DNA of 64,000 nt. It comes from Alphaproteobacteria bacterium (GTDB taxonomy: Bacteria > Pseudomonadota > Alphaproteobacteria > UBA828). The stretch lies in NCBI GenBank assembly GCA_963422645.2, contig CAXXVO010000007.1:288001-352000 (forward strand). Reading direction: 5' to 3'. Made by a program: the position numbers and the translations under genes. Numbering within the stretch: the first letter of the stretch is position 1; every line of letters begins with the position of its first letter. Below the pieces are notes generated by a model. That model worked only from the letters and a program-made list of their open reading frames with translations, did no database searches and had not been told where the DNA came from. Below, piece by piece: positions 20,637 to 30,335 of this stretch.

Positions 20637-21895
20637 GTAACTGCCCAGGTACCCCCTCTCTCTTATGGAACAAGCCAGTTCCTTTTGCGTCAACGCCCCC
20701 ACGCCGCGGGGGTGCCTACTCTCTTGAGCGCGAGAGGATGATGAACGCCGCGTCGCGAACAAGATGAGAGGACAGCGATACTCAGGATGAGCCGGAGAAG
20801 TTCAGGAGCGCAGTATAGGGATCAGCTGCATCGGTTCCGGGTGCGCCAGGATTTGCAGGATGTTCCAGCCTTGCTTTCGAGCGGTGACGATGACGCTGCG
20901 CATTCCGGCGAAGTTGCAGGCGCCTTGCAGGGAGCGGAAGCCGCCTGAGATCTTCTCATGCACTTTGTTCATACGGATGTCACGCTCCGCCTCGTTATTC
21001 GTGAACGGCGTGCGCAGGTCGGTGAGGAAGCGCAGGCAGCCCTCCTTATGCTTTTGAAGGCGGCGCGCGAGGTTGTGGCCGATGCGGCGTTTCTTTCGCC
21101 CTCGCTTTGCGATCTGGAGCGGCGGTTGGGCCTCATGGAAGGCGATGGCTTCTTCGAGGATACGGTCCCATGCCCTTGAGATGCGGGCCACCAGGGAGGC
21201 GGGGACTTGACGGTCTTTCTCACGGGCGAAGCGGGCGGCCCTGCGCGCGCGCTGAAGCAGGCGGTGCATGCTCGCCGCCCATTCCTCCTTCTCGATGTCG
21301 ATCAGGGCCTGGAGTTCGCGCAGGTGATGTGCGTTGCAGGCGCCGTGGCGGACGCCCTTGATGGTGAAGTAGGGGGCGAAGTCGTCGTGGACGAGGATGC
21401 CTTTCAGGTTCTTTTCGACATCGCCGCGTCCCTCGCCGATGCGCAGGACGGTGAGCAACGGGGTGCACAGCACATGGAGCCAGCGGGTACGGGCGGCGAT
21501 ACGCAGGCCGGTCTCGTCGAGGTGCTTGACCGGCGCCTGCGTGCGGATCAGATCGGCGACATGGTCGAGGAAGCCCTCGAAGCGCTGCGCTGTGCGCCGG
21601 CCCATGGCGGCGATCGTGGCAGTGGAGATGGACACCGCGAAGATGTCGCTCATGAGTTCGGCCAGACGCTTCTCGGGCACGAACTGGGCGTACAGCAGGT
21701 AACTCACCCAAGCGGTGATGCGAGGGCCGTACTGGACCGGGGCGGTGACGCCCGGCGGGAAGGCGGCTCGTGTCAGCGTGCCGCATGCGCCGCAGAGGCA
21801 GCGATGGGCGCGGTGTTCGGTGACCTCGAGAGGCTGCGGCTCGGGTACGTCGAAGACCTGCCGACAGGCGGGCGCGCCTTGCCGGTCGGCGTCCG
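20637..21895 (-). mobile_element. IS66-family element 'B', right part only (transposase 3' half, stop at 20802)
   Basis: TIR GTAACTGCCCAGGTACCCC; matches 56711-57793 by eye; identity stops at 21895. Confidence 0.9.
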
Positions 21896-22129
21896 GTGCT
21901 CGCCTGGGACTCCGACGCCGCCGTCCGGCCGACGGTGCGCGTGCGCGCCGCCGACTTCCGCGACGACCTCGCCTCCGCCGCCTGGACCGGCTACGCCGCC
22001 GGGGACAGGATTGCAGGACGCATGGTCCAGGTCGAGTGGACCTGGACCTGGGAGCGCGGGCAACTCCCCACCGTCAGATACCTCTGCTTCGGCCTCGCCC
22101 GCGCCCATATCGCCGCGCCGGCGGGCTGA
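21896..22129 (+). pseudogene. 3' fragment of a probable phage tail gene, truncated by IS66 'B'
   Basis: Open frame from the IS junction to a stop; followed by an RBS and a tail-fibre-like gene. Confidence 0.4.
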
Positions 22130-22150
22130 GCAGGCGCGAAAGGAAACCCC

Positions 22151-22939
22151 ATGACCGCATGGCCCACCAGGAAGATCGACACCACCCACCTCGACCAGGG
22201 CAGCGATTCGCCCGCCCACGCCCGCGCCGCCATCAAGGCCATGGCCGACACCATAAACGCCATGATCGCCGCCGCCGGCGATCCGGGCGGCGTCGCCACC
22301 CTCGACGGCTCCGGCCTGCACCCCTTCCGCCAGATGCGGGGCGAGGTGTTCACCGCCGCCGAGCGCACGCGGCTGGCCAACCTCAGCGAGCGCGCGGCGC
22401 CGCCGCGTCCCGCGCCCGAGCCGGCGCCCCGGCCCACGCCGCGCGGGCGCAAGACCTTCACCACGCCCGGGTCCTTCACCTGGCGCGCGCCCGCGGGCGT
22501 GACCCGCGTGCGCGTGCAGTTGCGGGGCGGCAGCGGCGGCAGCGGCGGCAGCTATGCGACCCACGCCAACAACCCCGGCGCGCGCCGCATCACCTTCCGT
22601 GGCGGCAGCGGCGGCGACCCCGGCTTCGTCTACTTCGAGATCGCGGTCTCGCCGGGCACCTCCTACAGCTTGACCGCGGGAGGCAGCGGAGCGGACGGAG
22701 CGGACGGCGACGGCGGGGCTCGCGGGCGCGACGGCGCAGACGGCGAGGACACCGCCGCCTTCGGCGGCACGGCGCGCGGCGGCAAGGGCGGCCGGGGAGC
22801 GTATGACCGACGCAACGCCGCAGACGGCGCAGACGGAACCGCCTCCGCCCCCGCCGGCGCAAGCGGCGTCAGCCGCCAGACCCAGCTCACCGTGCCCTCC
22901 CCGGTCTCCGCCGGCTATATCGTCATCGAGTGGGGCTGA
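22151..22939 (+). CDS. Glycine-rich phage tail-fibre-like protein
   Basis: AAGGA RBS; GGVATLDGSG; FTTPGSFTWRAPAGVTRVRVQLRGGSGGSGG; collagen-like GxD repeats; C-terminal GYIVIEW. Confidence 0.7.
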   Translation: MTAWPTRKIDTTHLDQGSDSPAHARAAIKAMADTINAMIAAAGDPGGVATLDGSGLHPFRQMRGEVFTAAERTRLANLSERAAPPRPAPEPAPRPTPRGRKTFTTPGSFTWRAPAGVTRVRVQLRGGSGGSGGSYATHANNPGARRITFRGGSGGDPGFVYFEIAVSPGTSYSLTAGGSGADGADGDGGARGRDGADGEDTAAFGGTARGGKGGRGAYDRRNAADGADGTASAPAGASGVSRQTQLTVPSPVSAGYIVIEWG

Positions 22940-22944
22940 TCGCG

Positions 22945-23827
22945 ATGCGCCGCACCCTCGTCCCCGCAGGCGGCGGCATCGACAGCACCGCCCTCGCCCT
23001 CCTCGTCCTGCGCGAGACCGAAGACGAGGTCGTCCTCTCCTGCTACCGCGAGCCGGCCCGCGAACTCCCGGAGCGCATCGCCCGCGAGCAGGCCGCAAGC
23101 GAGGCCGTCGCAGACTGGCTCTCCCGCAACGTCCGGCCCGTGCGCCACGTCAGCCGCGACGCCCTGCGCGTGGAGACCGGCCCCCGCGCAAGATGGCCAA
23201 TTCGGGACGGGAGAGGATGGGAGGGCGTCTGCGACCCCACATTCGGCCCCTGGGGCATCGACCGATACGCAACCCACGCCGACGAGGCCGAGCGCCACCG
23301 CGCCGACCGGGTGATGCCCGGCATCACCTCGTGGGACACCGCCGACGACATGCACCGCATGTACTGGTATCCCGTCTACCGCGCGCGCACCGCCGTCCCC
23401 ATGGAAACTCCCCTTCTTCCCCGGCTGGGAGGACGGCGCGCAGTGGCCGCCGTCGCGGGACGCCCCCTTCGGACCCGTCGCCGGGCGCTTCATGCTCCAG
23501 GCCCTGCTCCCGCCCGGGCTGGAGGCGCTCACCTGGCGATGCACCGTCGCGGCAGAGCCCTGCGGACGCTGCCCCCGATGCCGCCTCAACGCCTTCTTCG
23601 AGCGCTTCTGCCGGGGACGCCCGGCGGACCAGGTCGCCCGCATCGACGACGCCCTCGAGCGACACCGCGGCGCAGGCCGGTGGTACGCCGACGCCGACCC
23701 CGGAAGATGGACCGGTCACGACGGATACGACGCCGCAGAACGCGCCGTCGAAGACCCCGAATGGTGGAAGGCCGAACTCGAACGCCCGTGCCGCCCCGGC
23801 GCCCGCCCCGGTCCCGACCGCGCCTGA
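22945..23827 (+). pseudogene. QueC-like PP-loop (N-type ATP pyrophosphatase) protein, +1 frameshift in a C4 run at 23410-23413
   Basis: N-terminal GGGIDSTAL (SGGxDS-like); C-terminal WRC-x6-CGRCPRC Zn motif in the shifted frame; removing one C joins the frames. Confidence 0.65.
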
Positions 23828-23949
23828 AACCCCCACGCACCGCCCGTGCACGGGCCCTGAACCCCCCGCGCAGCGCTCCTTCATGGCCCATGCACAGGCC
23901 GGTTTTTCCAGCCCGGTTCAGCCCCGAAAACCAGCCGATTTTCCAGGCC

Positions 23950-23999
23950 ATTCGCAAAGACTTCCGGCCGCGATTCGCAAAGACTTCCGGCCGGCTACA
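23950..23999 (-). mobile_element. Right end of a Mu-like transposable element (two tandem 21-bp sites, terminal TGT)
   Basis: ATTCGCAAAGACTTCCGGCCG at 23950-23970 and 23973-23993, ending ...CTACA; inverted match to 60166-60195 and 60288-60312. Confidence 0.75.
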
Positions 24000-24283
24000 G
24001 ACGATGGTGTCGTCGATCCCGATTTTCACGCCTTGGCCCGAGAAGCCCCCGGCGTAGGCATGGTGTGCGCCGATCTGCTCCAGCACGTCGGGGGCTGATG
24101 CGACGTGAAGCGGGCCGTGCCGAGGTGATATGCTGGGTCAGTGGTAGGGTCGGTTGGCGTCGGGTCGCCAGGCTCCGGCGTAGGCTGTGCCACGTTGGGC
24201 CGGTCGCCATCGCCACCACCACCGCCGCATGCGCCAAGCACCAGGAGCACGCTCAGAGCAGCAAATAAGATGTTTCTGCTCAT
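24000..24283 (-). pseudogene. 5' fragment of an S8 (subtilisin-like) lipoprotein, cut by the Mu-like end; indel in G5 run at 24090-24094
   Basis: Lipobox LGAC-GGGGG, Pro/Thr linker, then LEQIGAHHAYAGGFSGQGVKIGIDDT (S8 catalytic-Asp region). Confidence 0.7.
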
Positions 24284-24356
24284 CGACTTCTCCTGTCGTC
24301 TGGCAGACTCTTTGCCCGCCTCGCCATCGCCAGCGAAGGGTAACCGGCGGCGACGG

Positions 24357-25424
24357 TCAGGACTGGCGCTTGAGCGCGCCTTCGGCGGTGATGTCGCTCT
24401 TGAAGGGCCAGTAGAGCTCGGCGTTCCGGGTAATTCCGCTGCGGCGGAAGATGATGATCAGCATCATCACGATGCCGACCACAACCCAGGTGCTGCTGGT
24501 GGGCAGCGTGAAGCCGTCCCTGCCGAACATCCCGCTCTCGAGATTCTTGAGCAGGTCGATCACCACGGTCATCACCACGACACCGACCACGGCGCCGGAG
24601 AGGCTCTGCATGCCGCCGATCACCAGCATCGCCAGCGTGATCAGCGTCAGGTTGAGGAAGAAGGTGTCGACCGTCAGCATGCCGAGGAAATGGCCGAAGA
24701 GGCCGCCCGCCATGCCGCAGAAGAAGGCGCTGATGACGAAGGCGAGCAGGCGCTGGCCGATGACATTGACCCCGGCCGCCTTCGCCGCCACCTCGTCGTC
24801 CCGCGATGCGCGCAGCGCAAGGCCGAACTTCGAGCGCGAATACAAGAAGGCCGCGAGAATCGTGACCACCGCATAGCAGTAGGCGACCCAGGGCGACGTC
24901 GTCTGCGGCAGGCCGATCACCGAGCTCGCGCCCGAGGTCCAGGTGCTCCAGCGCAGATAGACCGAATACATGATCATCAGGAAGGCGAAGGTGCCGATCG
25001 ACGCCGCGATGCCCGATAATCGCATCAGCGCAATGCCCGCGATGAAGGCCACGAAGGAGCTGAGCAGCCCCGCGAGGAAGATCGCCAGCACGAAGTGGTG
25101 GCTGTTGTTCAACAAATAGTGCGGCAGCCCCGGCATGAACATCTCGCGGGTGAACTCGCAGCAGGTCTGCCAGCCGGTGGCGTAGGCGCCCACCATCATG
25201 AAGCCGATATGGCCGAAGGACATGATCCCGGAGTTGCCGATGAACATGTAGAGCGCCACCACGATCACGACCCGGATCAAGCCCTCGGTCAGCGTGCGGG
25301 CCATGATCCTGTCGTCGAGCGCGACCACGATCGCGGTGATGATGAGAAGACCGACGCAGAGATTGACCAGCGGCCAGAAGTGCCGGATGCGCTGCATGAG
25401 CGGGGTGGTGGCGTCGATCATCAC
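24357..25424 (-). CDS. Branched-chain amino acid ABC transporter permease (LivM-like)
   Basis: G.MSFGH.GF, GLALRASRDDEVAAKAAGVN, VIGG. Confidence 0.92.
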   Translation of the reverse strand: MMIDATTPLMQRIRHFWPLVNLCVGLLIITAIVVALDDRIMARTLTEGLIRVVIVVALYMFIGNSGIMSFGHIGFMMVGAYATGWQTCCEFTREMFMPGLPHYLLNNSHHFVLAIFLAGLLSSFVAFIAGIALMRLSGIAASIGTFAFLMIMYSVYLRWSTWTSGASSVIGLPQTTSPWVAYCYAVVTILAAFLYSRSKFGLALRASRDDEVAAKAAGVNVIGQRLLAFVISAFFCGMAGGLFGHFLGMLTVDTFFLNLTLITLAMLVIGGMQSLSGAVVGVVVMTVVIDLLKNLESGMFGRDGFTLPTSSTWVVVGIVMMLIIIFRRSGITRNAELYWPFKSDITAEGALKRQS

Positions 25425-26338
25425 ACCCGTTCCTTGAACGCCCTGGTCGGCACCAGGCCTTGCGGCCGGGCCAGCAGGATCACCACCACCAGGCCGAACA
25501 CGAAGGCGTCGCGGAAGCCCCGCATCCCCTCCGGCAGAACCGCGATCAGGACGGTCGAGACGATCCCGACCACATAGCCGCCCACCACCGCTCCGATGAG
25601 GCTGCCCATGCCGCCGATCACGGTGGCGATGAAGGCGTAGAGCATCAGGAAGACGCCGCCGCGGAAGTTCAGGATGCCGGTCTGGGTGTGGTACATGAGC
25701 GCCATGATGCCGGCGAGCGCGCCTGAGATGACGAAGGCGAGCGCGATCACCCGGGTCGCGTTGACGCCGAGCATCCGCGCCATCCTGAAGTCTTCCGCCG
25801 CCGCCCGCATCTCGACGCCGATGGGCGTGCGCCTGAGGAAGAGCGTCAGCAGGATCAGCAGGATCCAGGTGACCGCCACGATCACGAGCTGCAGGATCGG
25901 TACCTGAAGCTTGCCGGAAAGCTGGATCACGCCGGTAAGCTCCGGCCAGAGGCCCACCGCTTTCGGCCGGCCGCTGTAGATCATGATGACCAGGTTCTGG
26001 ATCGAGAAGCTGAGCGCCACTGAGGCGATCATGAGGACGGCGGGAGGAGCCGTCTGAATGTGCCTGAAGAGCAGGAAGTAGGAGGCGAGCGCCCAGACGA
26101 TTACCACGCCCACCACGCAGACCATCAGCAGCACCGGATGGAAGTCCAGGAGCAAGGGGATCGCGACCACCGCCGTCGCGGGCACGATCAGCGAGAACCC
26201 GCCCACCGTGATGAAATCGCCGTGGGCGAAGTTGATCAGCCTGAGCACACCGAAGAGGAGGCCAATCCCGAGCGCTCCCAGGGCATAGAAGCTGCCGAGA
26301 CTCAGGCTCGAGATGATGGTTTGGACGACGACTTCCAT
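25421..26338 (-). CDS. Branched-chain amino acid ABC transporter permease (LivH-like)
   Basis: GVLRLINFAHGDF, GVEMRAAAED..ARMLGVN, RPQGL. Confidence 0.92.
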   Translation of the reverse strand: MEVVVQTIISSLSLGSFYALGALGIGLLFGVLRLINFAHGDFITVGGFSLIVPATAVVAIPLLLDFHPVLLMVCVVGVVIVWALASYFLLFRHIQTAPPAVLMIASVALSFSIQNLVIMIYSGRPKAVGLWPELTGVIQLSGKLQVPILQLVIVAVTWILLILLTLFLRRTPIGVEMRAAAEDFRMARMLGVNATRVIALAFVISGALAGIMALMYHTQTGILNFRGGVFLMLYAFIATVIGGMGSLIGAVVGGYVVGIVSTVLIAVLPEGMRGFRDAFVFGLVVVILLARPQGLVPTRAFKERV

Positions 26339-27084
26339 CAGAATGCCACCTCGCCGGTGTGCTCCACCCCTTCGGTGAAACCGAAGTAAGCCTGCCTCAC
26401 CTTCTCGCCGTCCTGCAGCTCCACGGCGTCGCCCTCCAGCTGGATCTCGCCGCTCCGCAGCACGTAGATGCGGTCCGCCGCCTTGATCGCGCGCTCCGAG
26501 CTTTGCTCGACAATCAGCAGCGTGAGCCCGCGCGACTCCCTGAGCTCGAGCAGCACCTCGTACACCCGGTCCACCAGATTGGGCGCGAGCCCGAGGGAGG
26601 GCTCGTCGATGGTCATAATTCTGGGGTTGGTGAGCAGCGCGCGGCCGATCACCAGCATTTGCTGCTCGCCGCCGGAGAGCTTGCCCGCTGCCCCCTTGCG
26701 ACGTTCCGCCAGCACCGGGAAGAGCTCCAGCACCCGCTTGAAGTCGGCCTCGACCTCGCCGCGGTCGCGGCGCATCCGGGTGCCGAGCCGCAGGTTCTCC
26801 TCGACGCTCAGCGTGGTGAAAACGTGGCGCCCTTCCGGCACCTGGGAGATGCCGCGCCGCGCCACCGCTTCCGGCGTGAGGCCGATGATGGACTGGCCAT
26901 CGAAGGTGATTGCGCCTTGGGAGGGTCGCAACACGCCCGAGATCGTGAGCAGGGTGGTCGACTTGCCGGCGCCGTTGGGGCCGACGACGCAAACGATCTC
27001 ACCTTCGTTGACGCCGACCGAGACGCCCCGCACCGCAGGCACCCGGCCGTAATGCACATGGATGTCGTCCACCGAGAGCAACAT
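26338..27084 (-). CDS. ABC transporter ATPase (LivF-like)
   Basis: GPNGAGKST, VPEGRHVF, LSGGEQQML, DEPSLGLAP. Confidence 0.93.
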   Translation of the reverse strand: MLLSVDDIHVHYGRVPAVRGVSVGVNEGEIVCVVGPNGAGKSTTLLTISGVLRPSQGAITFDGQSIIGLTPEAVARRGISQVPEGRHVFTTLSVEENLRLGTRMRRDRGEVEADFKRVLELFPVLAERRKGAAGKLSGGEQQMLVIGRALLTNPRIMTIDEPSLGLAPNLVDRVYEVLLELRESRGLTLLIVEQSSERAIKAADRIYVLRSGEIQLEGDAVELQDGEKVRQAYFGFTEGVEHTGEVAF

Positions 27085-27089
27085 CCGCG

Positions 27090-27845
27090 TCACTCGTGGC
27101 CCAGATAGGCGGCGATGACCGCTTCGTTGCTCTGCACCTCGGCAGGTGTGCCGCGGGCGATGGTGCGCCCGCTGTCGAGCACGTGGATGCGCTCGCAGAC
27201 GCCCATGATGACCCGCATGTTGTGCTCGATCAGCAGCACGCCGCAGCCGAAGCGGTCCGGTATCTCGCGCACCAGGTGCATCACGTCGTCGCATTCGAGG
27301 TCGGACATGCCCGCCGCCGGCTCGTCCAGCAGGACGAAGGCCGGGTTCATGGCGAGCGCGCGGGCAATGCCGACCCGGCGCTCGTCGGTATAGGGCAGGA
27401 CACCGGCGGGGTCTTGAGCCTGGTCGGCGAGGCCGATCCACTCCAGTATTTCCATCGCCTGCTTGTGCGCCTTGCGGCGGGAGAGGCCGAGGCTCACCGC
27501 AGCGACCTCGACGTTCTCGCTCACCGGCATATCGCGGAAGAGCCGCCCCGCCTGGAAGGTGCGGGCAACGCCGTGGCGCCGGATCCAGTGGGGCGTGAGC
27601 TTCGAGATCACCTTGCCGCTGAGCAGGACGTGGCCGGCGGCGGGAACCTGGAAACCGGTCATCGCGTTGACGAGGGTCGTCTTGCCGGCGCCGTTGGGAC
27701 CGATGAGGCCCAGGATCTCGCCCTGGTGCAGGGTTTCGTCGACGCTGTCGACCGCGGTCAGGCCCTCGAAGCGGACAGTCACCTCGCGCGCTTCCAGCGT
27801 CGCGCCCTTCTGTGCTGTCGTCTCGGATTCGGCGTCTTTTGACAC
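27090..27845 (-). CDS. ABC transporter ATPase (LivG-like)
   Basis: GLIGPNGAGKTT, ARTFQ, LLDEPAAG, LIEHNM, VIAAYLG. Confidence 0.93.
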   Translation of the reverse strand: MSKDAESETTAQKGATLEAREVTVRFEGLTAVDSVDETLHQGEILGLIGPNGAGKTTLVNAMTGFQVPAAGHVLLSGKVISKLTPHWIRRHGVARTFQAGRLFRDMPVSENVEVAAVSLGLSRRKAHKQAMEILEWIGLADQAQDPAGVLPYTDERRVGIARALAMNPAFVLLDEPAAGMSDLECDDVMHLVREIPDRFGCGVLLIEHNMRVIMGVCERIHVLDSGRTIARGTPAEVQSNEAVIAAYLGHE

Positions 27846-28114
27846 CAGCCACTCCCGCTGCCCTATGCGCTTCCACGCGCCGCCGCTCGCACGATGCGGC
27901 CGCACGGACGCAGTTCCCTCGTTAGCTACCGAACGCGGGGGCGCGAATCAACGGGGAAATCGCAGCGGCCCGTCGATCGGGCGTACGTTTGCCCCTGCAA
28001 TGGGGCTTGCAAATGATGGCGCCGCATTGACAATGCGGCCTTGGAGAGCGCCCGGCATGGAGCATGGCGCCCGCATCAGTGTACGGAATTTTCCAGAGGG
28101 AGGAGATCGGTCCG

Positions 28115-29332
28115 ATGAAGAGAGTGGTGTCACTAGCCGCGGCCGGCGCACTTGCGCTGGGCATGGCATCGGCCGCGCCGGCGGTGGCGGACGATCACGA
28201 GGTTGTCTTCGGCTTCGCCGCGTCGCAGTCGGGCTGGATGCAGGCCTACAGCGGTCCGTCGACCAATGCGGCGTTGATCGCGATCGACGACTGGAACGCC
28301 AAGGGCGGCCTCCTCGGCAAGCAGATTCGGCCGGTCTTCGCGGACGCCAAGACCGACCGGGCTGAGAGCGCCAAGGCCGGAATTTCGGTCATCAATGACG
28401 GCGCCATGGCGATGGCTGTGGACTGCGACTACGACTTCGGCGCGCCCGCCGCGCTGCAGGCGCAGAACTCAGGCCTCATCTCGATCTTCCTGTGTGCGGA
28501 GAGCGTGCTCGCCGGCATCCAGGGCATCGGCAAGTACTCCTTCTCGAGTTCGATCCTCGCCGCCGTCCAGGGCGCGACGATCGCCGAGTGGGGCTACAAG
28601 GTGAAGGGCTGGCGCACCGCCTACCTGCTGCTCGACGACGTGCTCGAGTACAACAAGGGCATCTGCTACGGCTTCGACTGGATGTGGCGCGAAGTGCTCG
28701 AAGCCGAGGTCGTCGGCCATGACGTCTACCAGAACGAGGATCCCAGCATCCAGGCGCAGGTCGACCGCATCCGGGCGCTGCCCGAAGAGCCCGACATCAT
28801 CGAGAACTGCAGCTACATCCCCGGCGGGGCGAGCGCGATCAAGCAGATTCGCGCGGCCGGCATCACGGCTCCGATCGGCGGCGGCAGCTCCATGACCGGG
28901 GTTTACTGGCAGGATTCGGTGCCCGGCCTCTCCGGCCACTTCGTGCCCGAGCAGGCCTCGATCTACGGTGACGATCCACGCCCGGCGGTTCAGGAGTTCC
29001 TCAAGAAGTACGAGGCCAAGTTCGGTGAAGCGGTGAACAACCAGTACGCCTTCCCCGGCTACGTGGTCTTCGAGATGTGGGCCAAGGCCGTCGAGAAGGC
29101 CGGCACCTTCGACTCCGACGCCGTGGTCGAGGTGCTGGAGAGCTTCCGCGAGGAGCCGGTGCTGGTCGGCACCCGGACCTTCACGGACCAGCTCCACCAC
29201 CAGAACTTCGCGCCTTATCTGATCGTGGAGACCACCAACAATCAGCCGGCCGTCGTCGACTCCTGGACCATTTCGGAGCCGGTGCCGATGGACGTGCTCT
29301 TCGGCAAGCGTTACGAGTACATCGCCCGCTAA
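28115..29332 (+). CDS. ABC transporter substrate-binding protein (LivJ/K family), divergent from the permease operon
   Basis: GGGAGGAG RBS, signal peptide, NAKGGLLGKQI motif. Confidence 0.9.
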   Translation: MKRVVSLAAAGALALGMASAAPAVADDHEVVFGFAASQSGWMQAYSGPSTNAALIAIDDWNAKGGLLGKQIRPVFADAKTDRAESAKAGISVINDGAMAMAVDCDYDFGAPAALQAQNSGLISIFLCAESVLAGIQGIGKYSFSSSILAAVQGATIAEWGYKVKGWRTAYLLLDDVLEYNKGICYGFDWMWREVLEAEVVGHDVYQNEDPSIQAQVDRIRALPEEPDIIENCSYIPGGASAIKQIRAAGITAPIGGGSSMTGVYWQDSVPGLSGHFVPEQASIYGDDPRPAVQEFLKKYEAKFGEAVNNQYAFPGYVVFEMWAKAVEKAGTFDSDAVVEVLESFREEPVLVGTRTFTDQLHHQNFAPYLIVETTNNQPAVVDSWTISEPVPMDVLFGKRYEYIAR

Positions 29333-29426
29333 ACGGGCGTGGAGCTATAGCGCCCGCTAATCGGGTGTAACGACGGGAGGGAGCTGCAGCGCCAGCGCCG
29401 CAGCCTCGCTCCACCGAGTCGAGACC

Positions 29427-29458
29427 AACGCCCCGTCCGGGCAACCGGGCGGGGCGTT
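29427..29458 (+). terminator. Hairpin/likely intrinsic terminator after the binding-protein gene
   Basis: AACGCCCCGTCCGG-GCAA-CCGGGCGGGGCGTT followed by TCGTT. Confidence 0.65.
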
Positions 29459-29527
29459 TCGTTGCCAGGCACTTGGGCGAACGCGTGCTATCGTCGCCTC
29501 GGAAATACTTGGGTTTGGAGAGCACCT

Positions 29528-30093
29528 ATGGCGCCGGTCTACTACCACACGGGCCGATTTCCGCCCGAGGAGCGCCTGGATTGGCCTGCGCTGATTCCGT
29601 TCATCGGTCCCGCTGCCGCCGCCGTGGCGCGCTACGACGGAACTCTCGCTGCCATTCCGAATACGCGCATCTTGCTGGCGCCTTTGACGACGCGGGAGGC
29701 GGTGCTTTCCTCTCGCATTGAAGGGACCCAAGCGACCATGGGCGAAGTCCTCGGGTTCGAGGCCGGACAGGAGCCCGAATCGCCCACGCGTCGCGACGAT
29801 ATCCTCGAGGTGCTCAACTACCGCACCGCAATGCAGCGGGCCGAAGCGCTATTGGGAGAACTGCCACTCTCTCAAAGGGTCATCCGGAAGGCGCACTCGG
29901 TGTTGCTGTCAGGGGTGCGAGGCGAGGGCAAGGCACCCGGCGAGTACCGGAAAACGCCCAACTGGATCGGTGCTCCCGGGTGTACAATTGAAGAGGCCAA
30001 GTTCGTTCCGATTGGGGCGGACAGGCTCCCGGATGCGATGAGCGAGTGGGAGCGTTACATCCACCAGGACACTCCCGACAAGTTGATAAAGCT
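29528..30093 (+). pseudogene. Fic/DOC family protein, truncated before the catalytic HPF motif
   Basis: REAVLSSRIEGTQAT, EVLNY, PGEYRKTPNWIG; an IS66-type TIR starts at 30094. Confidence 0.9.
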
Positions 30094-30202
30094 GTAACTA
30101 CCCAGGTACCCCGCCGCCAGTTCTGAGTGCGTGCTGATGTTGCTTGCCGTCGGTGCCGTTTCGCCGTCGGCGCGTCGTTGATCCCCGCTTGACTGTATAG
30201 GT
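30094..30202. mobile_element. End remnant of a third IS66-type element
   Basis: GTAACTACCCAGGTACCCC TIR (19 bp identical to the inverted 59024-59042) followed by different sequence. Confidence 0.7.
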
Positions 30203-30335
30203 TCAGACTTCCTGACCTCGTGATGCTGGCTGTTCTGGGCAGCGTGCCGGGAACTCCTTGAATTCTGATACATTTCGGTTGTTTCAGGCGGTTTTTCGCT
30301 GGGTGTCGCGCCCGAGGTCTGATAGTATAATTTGA

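Noticed and set aside
23950-23993. CRISPR-like direct repeats
   Set aside because: Only two units with a 2-bp gap and no cas genes; better explained as transposase binding sites
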